A stretch of DNA of 64,000 bases, taken from Escherichia phage 235Ecol030PP. Below, in pieces: positions 1-9,310 of this stretch (its first letter is position 1; the number at the start of each line of letters is the position of its first letter). A program made the translations under genes and the position numbers. Under the pieces are notes generated by a model. It was given only the letters and a program-made list of their open reading frames with translations, was not told where the DNA came from and did no database searches. The stretch is from sequence record PP355091.1, one strand, 5' to 3'.

Positions 1-1650
1 CATTTGAAGATGCTGACCATATTCTTGCGGGTCATGGTCTTTATGCGAAATTATAAAGACATTAGTGTTTTTCATTGAATTTATAATATTAGCTACACCT
101 TTAATACCTTCGGCATCAAATGACCCATCAAACACTTCATCGAGTATTAATGTACTAATACTAACACCAGATACGATAGAAGCAATATCACGCCAAGTAA
201 ATAAAAGAGCAATATCGATTCGTGCCTTTTCACCTTCACTAAATGAAGCATAACTAAAATCTTCACGACCACGGGATTTAATTGTCTCATTAAATTCTTC
301 ATCTAATGTAAACACATAATCCGCTTCCATTATTTTAAGATAATGGTTAATCTGCTTATTAAATAATGGAATGTACTTTTTAATAATAGCACCTTTAATA
401 CCAGAATCTTTGAGCATATCAGTCAAAATTCCTCGGTGGTATTTTTCCATTACTAAATTAGTTTTTGTCTTAACAATTTTATCAAGTTCTTCTTGAAGCA
501 GTGCTATTTCATCAGCATGGTCAATAAACTCAGAAGATGCTTTTTCTATAGCCGCTTTAACCTTTTTGGCTTTATCTACCGTCGTGATTAGAGATTGCTT
601 TTTATTGCGAATATCATTTGCCAACGACTGCTGGGTTTTAATATTATCTCGGTATTCATCAACAAGAACTTTTAAATTATCACGATGTGTTGAAAGCTGT
701 TCAAACGAATGCGTGCATTCAGAAACTTTATCTTTAATTTTAGAAACAACTTTATCACCGGAACTTAATTGTGACAAACAGGTTGGACATAATCCACCTT
801 CGTGATACATATTAATGACTTTATTATACGAGTCAATTTTTGATTTAATTAAAACTGCTTCTTGACCGATTTTATTAAATGCATCAGTCGGGTCTTCATC
901 TAAAACAATATTAACTAATCTTTCATTAGCTTCTTCTATTTCCGATTTTAGCGTTCTAGCTTCTTTTGCCAAATCATCATACATATTTTGAAGACGAGTA
1001 AGGTTGTCACCCGTTAATTTTTTCTGGCGTTCAACGTTATCATTATATATTTTAATTTGTTGGATAATACTATCTTTTTTAACATCAAGCACTTGGTTTT
1101 GTGAATTTAATTCACGTATTAGTGCTTTATTAAGCTTATCCATTTCAGCTAATGTTCCTACCTCAAGCAGGTCTTCCACAAGCTTTCTTCGCGCAGGGGT
1201 CGACAACCCCATGAAAGGGGTATACCCTGCTGTACCAAGGACAACAATCTGCTTGAAACTGGCATATGACATTCCGATAAGCTGTTCAAATTCTGCTTGG
1301 AAATCTTTACTGCTGGCAGATTCATTAAGACGTGTACCGTTAACGGTGATTTCAAAAACGTTCGGTTTTTGTCCTCTTTTGATATAGTACTTTTTCTCAT
1401 CATATTCCATCCACAGTTCAACTAAAAGTTCTTTCTTATTTGTGCTGTTTATTAATTGACCTTTCTTTACATCACGAAATGGCTTGCCAAAAAGCCCAAA
1501 TGTGATGGCTTCTAGCATAGTAGACTTACCACCGCCATTTCGTCCAGTAATAAGAGTTTTTTGAACCTTATCTAATTGAATGTCAACCCCATTTTGACCA
1601 ACTGACATTATATTTTTATATTTTACTCTATTAAGTTTAAAATTCTTCAC
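1..1650 (-). CDS. 46: Recombination endonuclease subunit gp46 (Rad50/SbcC-like ATPase); 3' end lies beyond window start
   Basis: Minus-strand translation from 1650 gives VKNFKLNRVKYKNIMSVGQNG...LITGRNGGGKST (Walker A), matching recalled T4 gp46 N-terminus; GTG start preceded by AAGGAA and an in-frame TAA; open to window edge. Confidence 0.85.
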   Translation of the reverse strand, partial: MKNFKLNRVKYKNIMSVGQNGVDIQLDKVQKTLITGRNGGGKSTMLEAITFGLFGKPFRDVKKGQLINSTNKKELLVELWMEYDEKKYYIKRGQKPNVFEITVNGTRLNESASSKDFQAEFEQLIGMSYASFKQIVVLGTAGYTPFMGLSTPARRKLVEDLLEVGTLAEMDKLNKALIRELNSQNQVLDVKKDSIIQQIKIYNDNVERQKKLTGDNLTRLQNMYDDLAKEARTLKSEIEEANERLVNIVLDEDPTDAFNKIGQEAVLIKSKIDSYNKVINMYHEGGLCPTCLSQLSSGDKVVSKIKDKVSECTHSFEQLSTHRDNLKVLVDEYRDNIKTQQSLANDIRNKKQSLITTVDKAKKVKAAIEKASSEFIDHADEIALLQEELDKIVKTKTNLVMEKYHRGILTDMLKDSGIKGAIIKKYIPLFNKQINHYLKIMEADYVFTLDEEFNETIKSRGREDFSYASFSEGEKARIDIALLFTWRDIASIVSGVSISTLILDEVFDGSFDAEGIKGVANIINSMKNTNVFIISHKDHDPQEYGQHLQM

Positions 1651-1910
1651 AAAAGATTCCTTTTAATGTATCTTTTAGACCATTCTATCATATCATCATA
1701 ATCTAAAAAGTATTCATCAAATTCAGCCATGCAAACAACACCTTGTGCTGCTTTTGATGTGATATAAATTATTCCAACATATCTAGAATCTTCTTCGGTG
1801 TAATCAATATTTGCTATGAATTCATCGTTAATGTCAAATGTCGAAAACTTCACAGTATGCATCCTTAATACAAGATACAGCCATATCTTGTAATGATTTA
1901 GGTGTGTCAT
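1647..1910 (-). CDS. Hypothetical small protein (46.1-like position); start uncertain, possibly internal Met near 1862
   Basis: 87-aa ORF in track, co-directional between genes 46 and 47; no motif recognised. Confidence 0.4.
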   Translation of the reverse strand: MTHLNHYKIWLYLVLRMHTVKFSTFDINDEFIANIDYTEEDSRYVGIIYITSKAAQGVVCMAEFDEYFLDYDDMIEWSKRYIKRNLL

Positions 1911-2097
1911 TATCTAAAATGTTGAAGTTAAAAGATACGGCCCAATCAGTGCAGACAGTAACCTTTTTAATACAATTATCTTCAACCTCTAGTGGTTCAA
2001 ACCAATATTCAATAATTTCTTTATGCCCAATATCATCTTTTACTTCGCATTCAAAATGCTGACTCATCATAACATTTTTAAATTCATCAAAAGTCAT
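1834..2097 (-). CDS. Hypothetical small protein (46.2-like position)
   Basis: 87-aa ORF, 4-nt overlap with gene 47 stop; no motif recognised. Confidence 0.45.
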   Translation of the reverse strand: MTFDEFKNVMMSQHFECEVKDDIGHKEIIEYWFEPLEVEDNCIKKVTVCTDWAVSFNFNILDNDTPKSLQDMAVSCIKDAYCEVFDI

Positions 2098-3113
2098 TGT
2101 GTTGCCTCTACATATAACTGATTTGCATATTGAATAAGTGCTTCACGGTCAGAATCAGTGATGTCTGGAATTGCATTAATGTATTCTTCCATCAATGTCT
2201 GAAGCGATTGAACTTCAACTTCTTCACTGTCATCTGACTCAACAGAGTTATCAATCTTTGACACAACTCGTAATGAATGCACAACTTTCTCTAGTTCAGA
2301 TTCGAACTTCGTTAGATTTTTGTCTACTTCAGTTACTATAACACGTACTGATAGATTTGTAAAATCTTTATAGTCAATTTTTCCTTTAAATGGATAATGA
2401 ATTCTACGATGCCAGGTAGTGTTGTTTGGAATAAATTCCATTCGTTCTGTTTCTGTATCAAACATCCAGAACCCACGAGGGTCATTCTCGTCACCTGCAG
2501 TTAGTGTCCATGGTGTCCCAATATATCTGACGTTAGCAGCCTCAGAGATAGTATGGAAGTGACCAGACCACACTTCTTTATAAGTCTTAAGGAAATCAGG
2601 TTCAAGACCGTGAGATTTCATTCCTTTATAAAAATAAAATCCATTCAGCTCCCAGTGACCAACACAAAAAGAAGCAGATGAAGTTTTGATGTGCTCAAGA
2701 ATTTCACCAGTATTTTCTTCGCACATCCAAGGAATCAAATCAATCAAACATCCGTCAAAATCTACTGTAGTAGGCTTATCATATACTTTAACATTAGGAT
2801 ATTTAGCCAAAAGCTCAGTAGAAGCATTTGGATGCATTACATTTTTGTAGTGGAGATCGTGATTTCCTACAATAGTATGTAATGTGATTCCAGCACCATC
2901 AAGCATTTGAACTATTTCACGGGCAAACTCCATAGTTTTATGTGTGATTGCTTTTCGCACATCAAAAATATCACCATATTGAATCCATACAGTAATTCCA
3001 TTTTTCTTAGAATATTCTATCGCTTGCTTAATTCCATCAATTTGAATACCGCGAATCCACTCATCATCAGCTTTAACGCCTAAATGCCAATCACCTAAAT
3101 TTAAAATTTTCAT
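2094..3113 (-). CDS. 47: Recombination endonuclease subunit gp47 (Mre11/SbcD-like phosphoesterase)
   Basis: 339 aa; phosphoesterase motifs LGDWHLG, GDIFD, GNHD; position next to gene 46 as in T4. Confidence 0.9.
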   Translation of the reverse strand: MKILNLGDWHLGVKADDEWIRGIQIDGIKQAIEYSKKNGITVWIQYGDIFDVRKAITHKTMEFAREIVQMLDGAGITLHTIVGNHDLHYKNVMHPNASTELLAKYPNVKVYDKPTTVDFDGCLIDLIPWMCEENTGEILEHIKTSSASFCVGHWELNGFYFYKGMKSHGLEPDFLKTYKEVWSGHFHTISEAANVRYIGTPWTLTAGDENDPRGFWMFDTETERMEFIPNNTTWHRRIHYPFKGKIDYKDFTNLSVRVIVTEVDKNLTKFESELEKVVHSLRVVSKIDNSVESDDSEEVEVQSLQTLMEEYINAIPDITDSDREALIQYANQLYVEATQ

Positions 3114-3250
3114 ATATCAAGAACCGTCATTGAAATGCAAAATAAAATTATTGAAATAAATCCATCTGGAGTGCTAAAGAACCCAATCCAACATGCTCTA
3201 GCAAATAGATAGAATGCAAGAAAAAGTATCACATATCCAAGAAATATCAT
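3110..3250 (-). CDS. Small hydrophobic peptide (46 aa), translationally coupled to gene 47
   Basis: ATG at 3250; MIFLGYVILFLAFYLFARACWIGFF...; stop TGA overlaps gene 47 ATG (ATGA); below 60-aa cutoff of ORF track. Confidence 0.35.
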   Translation of the reverse strand: MIFLGYVILFLAFYLFARACWIGFFSTPDGFISIILFCISMTVLDI

Positions 3251-3265
3251 TATATCAAACTCCAT

Positions 3266-3290
3266 ATAAAGCTAAAGGGCCGAAGCCCTT
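3266..3290 (-). terminator. GC stem-loop (GGGC-UUCG-GCCC) directly after a-gt stop; putative intrinsic terminator or RNA-stabilising hairpin
   Basis: aagggccgaagccctt at 3275-3290 followed by U-rich tract on minus-strand RNA. Confidence 0.5.
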
Positions 3291-4492
3291 TATTTTGTAA
3301 TAATGTCAAACTGTTCTTTAAAGCAGAAGCTTGAATCTTGATGCTGATACAAAAATTCATATGCTTTTTCTCGCTCACGGTCATAAAGAGCTCGGTCAGA
3401 TGACAGTTCTTTAATACGCTCGAATGTTGATTCCATATCATTTTCATCAAACCAAATGATACCGCTATCATGTGAGGTCAAAGGAGTATTATCAACACGG
3501 AATTTTAAATTTTCGCCAGTAGATTTCCAAAATACCGGAATTGTTCCACATGCACCAAGCTCGAGATGAGTATATTCTAAAGAACGTTGTAAGTATTTCT
3601 GGTTAAGTTTACTCAACTGATATCCAAAGCCAGATTTACTCATTCGTTCAAGCATTTCACTATTAATATAACAATCTAGGATTTGTGCCGGTTGATTCGG
3701 CGTGAGATTCATTTTATCAATCTCACGATTACCATAATATTCATACGGAATACCTTTTTCCTTAATTGCAATAAAAGCAGGGGAACGTTCAAGACCTTCC
3801 ATTACAGTGGATTTACCAGCAGGTTTTAAGAATTTTTCGTGAAAATCAAACATCTGATAAAAACCTTTCCATGTAGTCGTACGACCAATCCAACGGTTGA
3901 TGTTCATGTTAATTTCAGAAACATCTTTCCAGTAGGTTGATCGAACCTTCGCAATATCCATAGGAGGCTGAAAGTTATATACTGCCGGCGCTTCTTCAAT
4001 ATCATCAAACAAAGAAACTGTTTCAGGATACCATTCTTTCATCAGAACTTTATTAAAATCGCCATTATCAGAATGACTAAAAATAACATCAGCTCGACGA
4101 ACAGTTTCTTCTAATCCCAAATTTCGACGCAAAGAAAGAACAGAATGATCATGCTGATAAACTACAACACGAATAGAAGGTTTAATATTATCTAAAAGTT
4201 TTTTATAGTTATTAATCGTGGCTTCTTGAACGGAAGTAGCAGGAACAGAATTAATAATTAGAATATCACAATCATTTACCAGCTTAAGTGCTTTATCGTA
4301 TTCTTTAGCTAAAATAACTGGAATTGAAAATGATTTGTGGTCATGAGAACTTGTACGAGTAAATGATTTATCTTTAGCATAAACCAAAGTTACTTCATGA
4401 CCATTTTTAATAAACCAATCACGTTGCTCAAGAGAAAATTTAGTTACACCGCAACCTTCAAGACCTCGAGCCAGAAAAATGCATACTTTCAT
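3290..4492 (-). CDS. a-gt: DNA alpha-glucosyltransferase (hydroxymethylcytosine glucosylation)
   Basis: 400 aa, same length and position (between 47 and 55) as T4 a-gt; assignment by recalled similarity and synteny. Confidence 0.85.
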   Translation of the reverse strand: MKVCIFLARGLEGCGVTKFSLEQRDWFIKNGHEVTLVYAKDKSFTRTSSHDHKSFSIPVILAKEYDKALKLVNDCDILIINSVPATSVQEATINNYKKLLDNIKPSIRVVVYQHDHSVLSLRRNLGLEETVRRADVIFSHSDNGDFNKVLMKEWYPETVSLFDDIEEAPAVYNFQPPMDIAKVRSTYWKDVSEINMNINRWIGRTTTWKGFYQMFDFHEKFLKPAGKSTVMEGLERSPAFIAIKEKGIPYEYYGNREIDKMNLTPNQPAQILDCYINSEMLERMSKSGFGYQLSKLNQKYLQRSLEYTHLELGACGTIPVFWKSTGENLKFRVDNTPLTSHDSGIIWFDENDMESTFERIKELSSDRALYDREREKAYEFLYQHQDSSFCFKEQFDIITK

Positions 4493-4520
4493 TTAATATC
4501 CTCATTGTTTTGGTTTATTT

Positions 4521-4564
4521 TACCAAAAAAATTTATAAAGCAATATAGGAGCCGAAGCTCCTAT
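4521..4564 (-). terminator. Stem-loop (AUAGGAGC-UUCG-GCUCCUAU) plus U-tract; putative terminator
   Basis: ataggagccgaagctcctat at 4545-4564 with T-rich run downstream on minus strand. Confidence 0.45.
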
Positions 4565-4734
4565 CCACATAATACGTCATACAGAGGCTCGTTAGAACTT
4601 TTAAATTTTATGCGCTTATATGTTATAGTTCCTTCTGCTTTAGCTTTATCGTGAGCCTCTTTAAAGCGTCTCATCATTTCCTCTTTAGAGGAACGAATTT
4701 TATTATAATCTATTTCAGAAGTCTGGGTGTTCAT
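4561..4734 (-). CDS. Small basic protein (57 aa), hypothetical
   Basis: ATG at 4734, MNTQTSEIDYNKIRSSKEEMMRRFKEAHDKAKAEG...; fills gap between flanking genes; not in ORF track (<60 aa). Confidence 0.35.
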   Translation of the reverse strand: MNTQTSEIDYNKIRSSKEEMMRRFKEAHDKAKAEGTITYKRIKFKSSNEPLYDVLCG

Positions 4735-4737
4735 CTT

Positions 4738-4944
4738 TCATAACTGCCACCATTTTTTGACTTGATAAGAATCAACCCACACTTTCATATTAGGGTCTGC
4801 TCTTACAATAGGAGGATTAACTTCTTTAATTGAACTATCATGGTATTCTTTTTCAGAAATTTTCACACAAAGATGACCATTCAAAGATTCAGTAAATCCT
4901 GCATTAATTTTAAGACGCTTGAATTTTACGTGTGTAAGCATCAA
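4738..4944 (-). CDS. Hypothetical protein
   Basis: 68-aa ORF, co-directional. Confidence 0.4.
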   Translation of the reverse strand: MMLTHVKFKRLKINAGFTESLNGHLCVKISEKEYHDSSIKEVNPPIVRADPNMKVWVDSYQVKKWWQL

Positions 4945-5227
4945 TCATATCCTCAATCTGCGATCTAGTAGTCTTCCAAAGAATACTGATGAGTTCATCG
5001 TTATATGGCTGTTTTAGAATATCCCGACTTTTCTTGATAGCATATTCGTATTGAGCAAAATTATTATTTTCAGCTGCAATCTGAGCGTGCTTATAAAGAC
5101 GATTCAGTTCACGTTTGTTTTTAGACAATAACTTATTTGCTTTTCTTTCTGCTTCAAGACGGTTCTTTTCTTCAATAGAAGAAATAAGCTTTTCCACTTC
5201 ATCATTGATTTCGGGTTTATCAGTCAT
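4910..5227 (-). CDS. Hypothetical protein, predicted coiled-coil
   Basis: 105-aa ORF; charged heptad-rich sequence. Confidence 0.45.
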   Translation of the reverse strand: MTDKPEINDEVEKLISSIEEKNRLEAERKANKLLSKNKRELNRLYKHAQIAAENNNFAQYEYAIKKSRDILKQPYNDELISILWKTTRSQIEDMIDAYTRKIQAS

Positions 5228-5228
5228 A

Positions 5229-5447
5229 TTATTTCTCTAATATAAAATAAAAATCATCATCTGTTAAATGATACCGATAGTTTAATTCTACACCATTAGA
5301 TTTAAAAGCGGTATCATACGGATTTTCTGGATCAATATCAATGTCAAGAGCTAAAACTTCCCTGAGATACATTTTAAGTAAATAGGGAATAGCTTCAACT
5401 TCAGGTATTTCTTCCAAGAATCCGGAGAGGTTAATCGTTAGCCTCAT
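5229..5447 (-). CDS. Hypothetical protein
   Basis: 72-aa ORF immediately downstream of gene 55. Confidence 0.45.
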
Positions 5448-5988
5448 ATAAAAAATCCAAACTAGGAGAATCGTCTACAACACTTTTCTTTTCAGCCCCC
5501 GGTGTTCTATAGGTTGATTCTTCGTAATGCGTCATTTTATCGTAGATGTCTTGAATAAAAGTTTCATCTACTAACGCAACCATATCGTCGTCACGGCTGT
5601 CATAGACATTGTGAACGAAGTAACTATATTTCTTTGCAACTTCCTTACGTTCTTTTTTAATACGTTGGACGAATGCATTAAAACAAGCTTGAGTTATATA
5701 CGCATGTGGGTTTTTATATTTCGTTTCATCAAAATTATGAAGCCCCTTAATAGAAGCTTCTATACCATCTGCAATCATTTCTTGTTTCCAAGACTGGGTG
5801 TATCCTGAAAAGTTGAAACGTTTAGATAAGCCTTCTGCAATAAGCATAATGGCTAATCCGATAGTATCATTCTGACGAACTACTTTATTTGGGTCTTTAT
5901 TATTTGCTAATTCTGTTTTCCAATCAATAATAGCTTGTAAAAGCTCTTTATTGTTTACGTAATTATATTTAGGCTTAGTTTCTGACAT
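5431..5988 (-). CDS. 55: Late-transcription sigma factor gp55
   Basis: [33 protein letters not shown]... matches recalled T4 gp55; start taken at second ATG (5988). Confidence 0.9.
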
Positions 5989-6066
5989 TTTCACCTCTTA
6001 GCTCAATTCATAGATCTATTATATCATAACATTTGAAGATCTATCTTAAAGCATAGAGGATATCAG

Positions 6067-6336
6067 TTATCTAAGTAAGCAGTATGCTTGGAATACTTTC
6101 TCCATCATCTTTTTAAATTCATGAATATCTATATAATGACTAGTTAGATCAGCATGATATAAAAAGTCTAAAAACTTTTCATGTGTGCTAACATATTCGC
6201 TTTCATTTAATTCAGAAACATGGCTTTCCCAATATCCAACACCAGTCTTATTTGGGAAAAATGAAATTTTCATATATTGGTCAACATAGAAAATACCAAA
6301 ATTTTCAATAGCAATAGAAATATTAATAAATTTCAT
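6067..6336 (-). CDS. Hypothetical protein (55.x region)
   Basis: 89-aa ORF. Confidence 0.45.
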   Translation of the reverse strand: MKFINISIAIENFGIFYVDQYMKISFFPNKTGVGYWESHVSELNESEYVSTHEKFLDFLYHADLTSHYIDIHEFKKMMEKVFQAYCLLR

Positions 6337-6548
6337 ACATTCATCAACTTAGCCGCTTCAAGAGCTGCATCTAGTGAATCAAATTGGTCAACGTATTCAA
6401 TCAATTCGCCATAATTAGCGTATAACCACCATTGGCTAAATTCATACTCAAGGATGAATCCATTTCCTTCAATTTGAGTTAAACCAATGCCATTTGTATT
6501 TACTTCGTATCCGGCAAGACGCAAATCATTGATAAGAGATTCATTCAT
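6333..6548 (-). CDS. Hypothetical protein (55.x region)
   Basis: 71-aa ORF, 4-nt overlap with neighbour. Confidence 0.45.
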   Translation of the reverse strand: MNESLINDLRLAGYEVNTNGIGLTQIEGNGFILEYEFSQWWLYANYGELIEYVDQFDSLDAALEAAKLMNV

Positions 6549-6550
6549 AA

Positions 6551-6877
6551 TTATGCCTTAGTAATTTTCAGATCAGCAAATTTTTTCTTGCGTTGATTTT
6601 TCATACGACGAATAGTTTTATCGGAAATTTCATGTTTTTGATAAGCTTTAGATTCTACACCAAAAGCTTTAACATCAAATTCTGACAAGATATATTGAAC
6701 CAACAATTCACGGACAGTATTGCGTCCAATCTTCTGATCATTCTGTTTCATCATCTGATGAAGCTCTTTTTCCCATTTATCCAAAATTTGAGGAGTTACA
6801 ATATCGTCTTTTTCTAGCAAAGAAACTACTTTATCATATGCGTAAGAATTAATGACGTTTTTAATTTGAATAGTCAT
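6551..6877 (-). CDS. Hypothetical protein (55.x region)
   Basis: 108-aa ORF. Confidence 0.45.
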   Translation of the reverse strand: MTIQIKNVINSYAYDKVVSLLEKDDIVTPQILDKWEKELHQMMKQNDQKIGRNTVRELLVQYILSEFDVKAFGVESKAYQKHEISDKTIRRMKNQRKKKFADLKITKA

Positions 6878-6910
6878 ATATTATCCTCAATTACGTTAAA
6901 ATTTTATTAT

Positions 6911-6930
6911 CCAAAAAGGGCCGAAGCCCT
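6911..6930 (-). terminator. Stem-loop AGGGC-UUCG-GCCCU plus U-tract; putative terminator
   Basis: aaaaagggccgaagccct at 6913-6930 immediately after stop of ORF 6930-7130. Confidence 0.5.
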
Positions 6931-7130
6931 TAGCTAAACTTTTTGGCACCCTTCCAGCCTTCATACATCATTGCGGCTGATATTAATATTGCTCCTGAGC
7001 AACTTGAATATTTGTGATTCCAAAACCAGTTCAGAAAAACTTCGTCATCAATACCTTGGGCTATCATATTTTCAAAGAACTGACGACGAGCTTCAGCAAT
7101 TCGCTGCGATAATTTAGATTCAGGATTCAT
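6930..7130 (-). CDS. Hypothetical protein
   Basis: 66-aa ORF. Confidence 0.4.
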   Translation of the reverse strand: MNPESKLSQRIAEARRQFFENMIAQGIDDEVFLNWFWNHKYSSCSGAILISAAMMYEGWKGAKKFS

Positions 7131-7349
7131 TTAAATTTCCCACCAATTGCCATTTTCATCAATAAATTCAATCCAGTCATTTACTGACCACTTAGTTGTA
7201 TCGCCTTTTGGAGTAACATTTAAAGTGTATAATCCTTGTTTAAAAAGCATTCGTTTGATATTCATATTTTCCTCAGCTATAACGATAGCACTCGTTTGAT
7301 TTACGCTTAGCAACTCGTTGAGAAGTATTGTAATCAAAATCATCGTCAA
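7131..7349 (-). CDS. Hypothetical protein
   Basis: 72-aa ORF. Confidence 0.4.
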   Translation of the reverse strand: MTMILITILLNELLSVNQTSAIVIAEENMNIKRMLFKQGLYTLNVTPKGDTTKWSVNDWIEFIDENGNWWEI

Positions 7350-7611
7350 TGTAAACTGATTTTTTCAACTTTCTTACTTCACCGCGTAATTGACGATTTA
7401 GCTCATCTTTAACTTCTGAATCAATGCCTTTCATTCTACGCCATTTATCTGAGCGAAAAATGTTTTCAACCATATCTTTATGACTTACCCCATCAGGAGC
7501 TTTACGCTTTCCGAAATAGTCATAATCACGCACTTTTAAGTCTTTACGACGATACGTTTTACCCATGGAGTTTAATTTCCTTAGCAACTGAACTAAATAC
7601 AGCACGGTCAC
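7273..7611 (-). CDS. Hypothetical basic protein; start probably internal (near 7566)
   Basis: 112-aa ORF, Lys/Arg-rich; overlaps upstream ORF so true start uncertain. Confidence 0.4.
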   Translation of the reverse strand: MTVLYLVQLLRKLNSMGKTYRRKDLKVRDYDYFGKRKAPDGVSHKDMVENIFRSDKWRRMKGIDSEVKDELNRQLRGEVRKLKKSVYIDDDFDYNTSQRVAKRKSNECYRYS

Positions 7612-7741
7612 AAATCATGTGTTTATGTAACTTAAGTATAAGATAATAAACATCATAACCATTTACGTAAGTAACGCGAACAGCATTACCATTAATAAGA
7701 TAATACTGTCCCTTTTTAATTTCTTTATCAACCACAACCAT
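7559..7741 (-). CDS. Hypothetical protein
   Basis: 60-aa ORF directly downstream of an early promoter. Confidence 0.4.
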   Translation of the reverse strand: MVVVDKEIKKGQYYLINGNAVRVTYVNGYDVYYLILKLHKHMICDRAVFSSVAKEIKLHG

Positions 7742-7771
7742 ATCAAATCCTCAAAGGCAATTCATATGTTA

Positions 7772-7801
7772 ATAATACCACGGTTTGAACTTGTTGTAAA
7801 C
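7772..7801 (-). promoter_or_regulatory. T4-type early promoter (-35 GTTTACA, 17-nt spacer, -10 TATTAT)
   Basis: Minus strand: ...CACAAAGTTGTTTACA-17nt-TATTAT; -35 at 7795-7801, -10 at 7772-7777. Confidence 0.6.
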
Positions 7802-7871
7802 AACTTTGTGAAAATTATTTTAGGGAATGATAAGAAGGGAACGATAGCTTAGAATGGTAATATACAGAATG

Positions 7872-7896
7872 TAAGAAAGAAAGGCCCAGAGGGCCC
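7872..7896 (-). terminator. GC stem-loop plus U-tract after nrdH stop; putative terminator
   Basis: ggcccagagggcc at 7883-7895, U-rich downstream on minus-strand RNA. Confidence 0.45.
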
Positions 7897-7899
7897 ATC

Positions 7900-8223
7900 T
7901 TAGTCTTCTATGATATCTCTATCATATCCAAGTGAAATGAGAGTTTCTTTGAAGTGTTTAATGTTCTTTTGTCTAGAACCATTGATGAAAATGACTGGAT
8001 AACGAATGTTAAGAGATGTGAATCCAGCACGTTTAGCAAGAGATACAATCAGTGGACGATCATACTCAATCTTACCGTTATTTGTAAGAACTTTATAGAA
8101 AGTAAAAGGAGCATTGAGCTCCTTTAGAAGTTTTGTAACTGATTGACATCCAGGACAACGACCTACTTCTTCGGGGATGCCATAGATTTCAATCTTATTC
8201 TTTAAGTTCGAGTTTTGTTCCAC
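7900..8223 (-). CDS. nrdH: Glutaredoxin-like redoxin NrdH (CPGC active site); start uncertain (GTG at 8223 assumed)
   Basis: KIEIYGIPEEVGRCPGCQSVTKLL... thioredoxin-fold signature; located beside nrdG; no in-frame ATG before the CPGC motif. Confidence 0.65.
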   Translation of the reverse strand: MEQNSNLKNKIEIYGIPEEVGRCPGCQSVTKLLKELNAPFTFYKVLTNNGKIEYDRPLIVSLAKRAGFTSLNIRYPVIFINGSRQKNIKHFKETLISLGYDRDIIED

Positions 8224-8506
8224 GAGAAATAATTCCTTGATAAGCCCAGTATGGCGGGTTAACAGAATCCTCACCAGAGTTTTCTTCAGGAAAATAAACC
8301 TGGATAACAAATCCAGATGCATCAAAGGTAAAATAAACCGTAGGCAGTTCACCTAACAATTCGGCACGAGCATTAATTTCTTCGAGATCTCGTTCACGTC
8401 CAGCCCAAAAACTAGGATTTAGACTACATTCGTAAAAATAATAGTCATTACCGAACATATCAAAACCATTCCAACTCTCTACTACATACCGCTCAAAACT
8501 AATCAT
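8195..8506 (-). CDS. Hypothetical protein
   Basis: 103-aa ORF. Confidence 0.45.
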   Translation of the reverse strand: MISFERYVVESWNGFDMFGNDYYFYECSLNPSFWAGRERDLEEINARAELLGELPTVYFTFDASGFVIQVYFPEENSGEDSVNPPYWAYQGIISRGTKLELKE

Positions 8507-8508
8507 AA

Positions 8509-8724
8509 TTAAGCCTTTTTATCAAGAACAGCATTCAGCTTGTTAGTAATTTTATCCAGACGCTCATTAAACTCACTAGAAGATAAACCCTTTTCTGGAG
8601 AAATCAAACTAATCACGAAAAATATAGCAATAAAAGGAATAAGGAAAATAGCTCCAACTGCCATAAACAGAAAGAATGTTACAGTTGTAAGAAAATCAGC
8701 TAAACCTTTACGAAATTTATACAT
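8509..8724 (-). CDS. Small membrane protein, hypothetical
   Basis: 71 aa with hydrophobic core FFLFMAVGAIFLIPFIAIFFVISLI. Confidence 0.45.
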   Translation of the reverse strand: MYKFRKGLADFLTTVTFFLFMAVGAIFLIPFIAIFFVISLISPEKGLSSSEFNERLDKITNKLNAVLDKKA

Positions 8725-8839
8725 ATTTTACCCTTAATTAATTAACCAAGCATTGATAAGCACTAAACTATACTGCGAATAAAATTCTGGACCAAAATGA
8801 AAAATCATATCATTTATAGTATCCATAATATAATTCAAT

Positions 8840-9310
8840 TTAATCATGTTTCCACACCCCATCGGTATTTGACCAAAGTCGCTGATTATCTGATCCTCGC
8901 CACAGCTTTTTAGTCGGAAGATTTTTCTCATACTTCCCATCAATAATAACATCAACATATTTAAGCATTTCTAGTTGTTTAATATCTTCAAACTTATATC
9001 CTGTCCACAACCAAATGCTTTTATTTGGATAAAGATTTTTTACTGTTTGAACAATGCAATGAATAACATCTCGATTATCAGGATAGAGAGGGTCACCTCC
9101 GGTTATAGTCAATCCTTCTATATAATCATTATTCAAACATTCAATTAATTGTTCTAGTGTTTCACCAGTGAATGGAATACCATTTCTAGCATTCCATGTT
9201 GATTTATTATAACACCCTTCGCATTTATGCAAACAACCTGTAACGAAAAGAACTGTCCTGCATCCAGGGCCATTCACAAAGCAGCACGGGTATATTCTGT
9301 CATAATTCAT
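8840..9310 (-). CDS. nrdG: Anaerobic ribonucleotide reductase activating protein NrdG (radical SAM)
   Basis: 156 aa; MNYDRIYPCCFVNGPGCRTVLFVTGCLHKCEGC (Cys cluster) and GGDPLY motif; adjacent to nrdD. Confidence 0.9.
   Translation of the reverse strand: MNYDRIYPCCFVNGPGCRTVLFVTGCLHKCEGCYNKSTWNARNGIPFTGETLEQLIECLNNDYIEGLTITGGDPLYPDNRDVIHCIVQTVKNLYPNKSIWLWTGYKFEDIKQLEMLKYVDVIIDGKYEKNLPTKKLWRGSDNQRLWSNTDGVWKHD

Noticed and set aside
65-1387. Plus-strand ORFs 65-253, 566-805 and 1004-1387
   Set aside because: They lie entirely inside the minus-strand gene 46 coding region and have low-complexity, implausible translations; treated as shadow ORFs
3250-3471. Minus-strand 73-aa ORF overlapping the 3' end of a-gt
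   Set aside because: Different frame inside a well-supported gene; a-gt translation is the conserved one
8734-8958. 74-aa minus-strand ORF overlapping the nrdG 3' end
   Set aside because: Overlaps nrdG by about 120 nt in another frame with no RBS or motif; likely spurious, although a shorter internal start cannot be excluded
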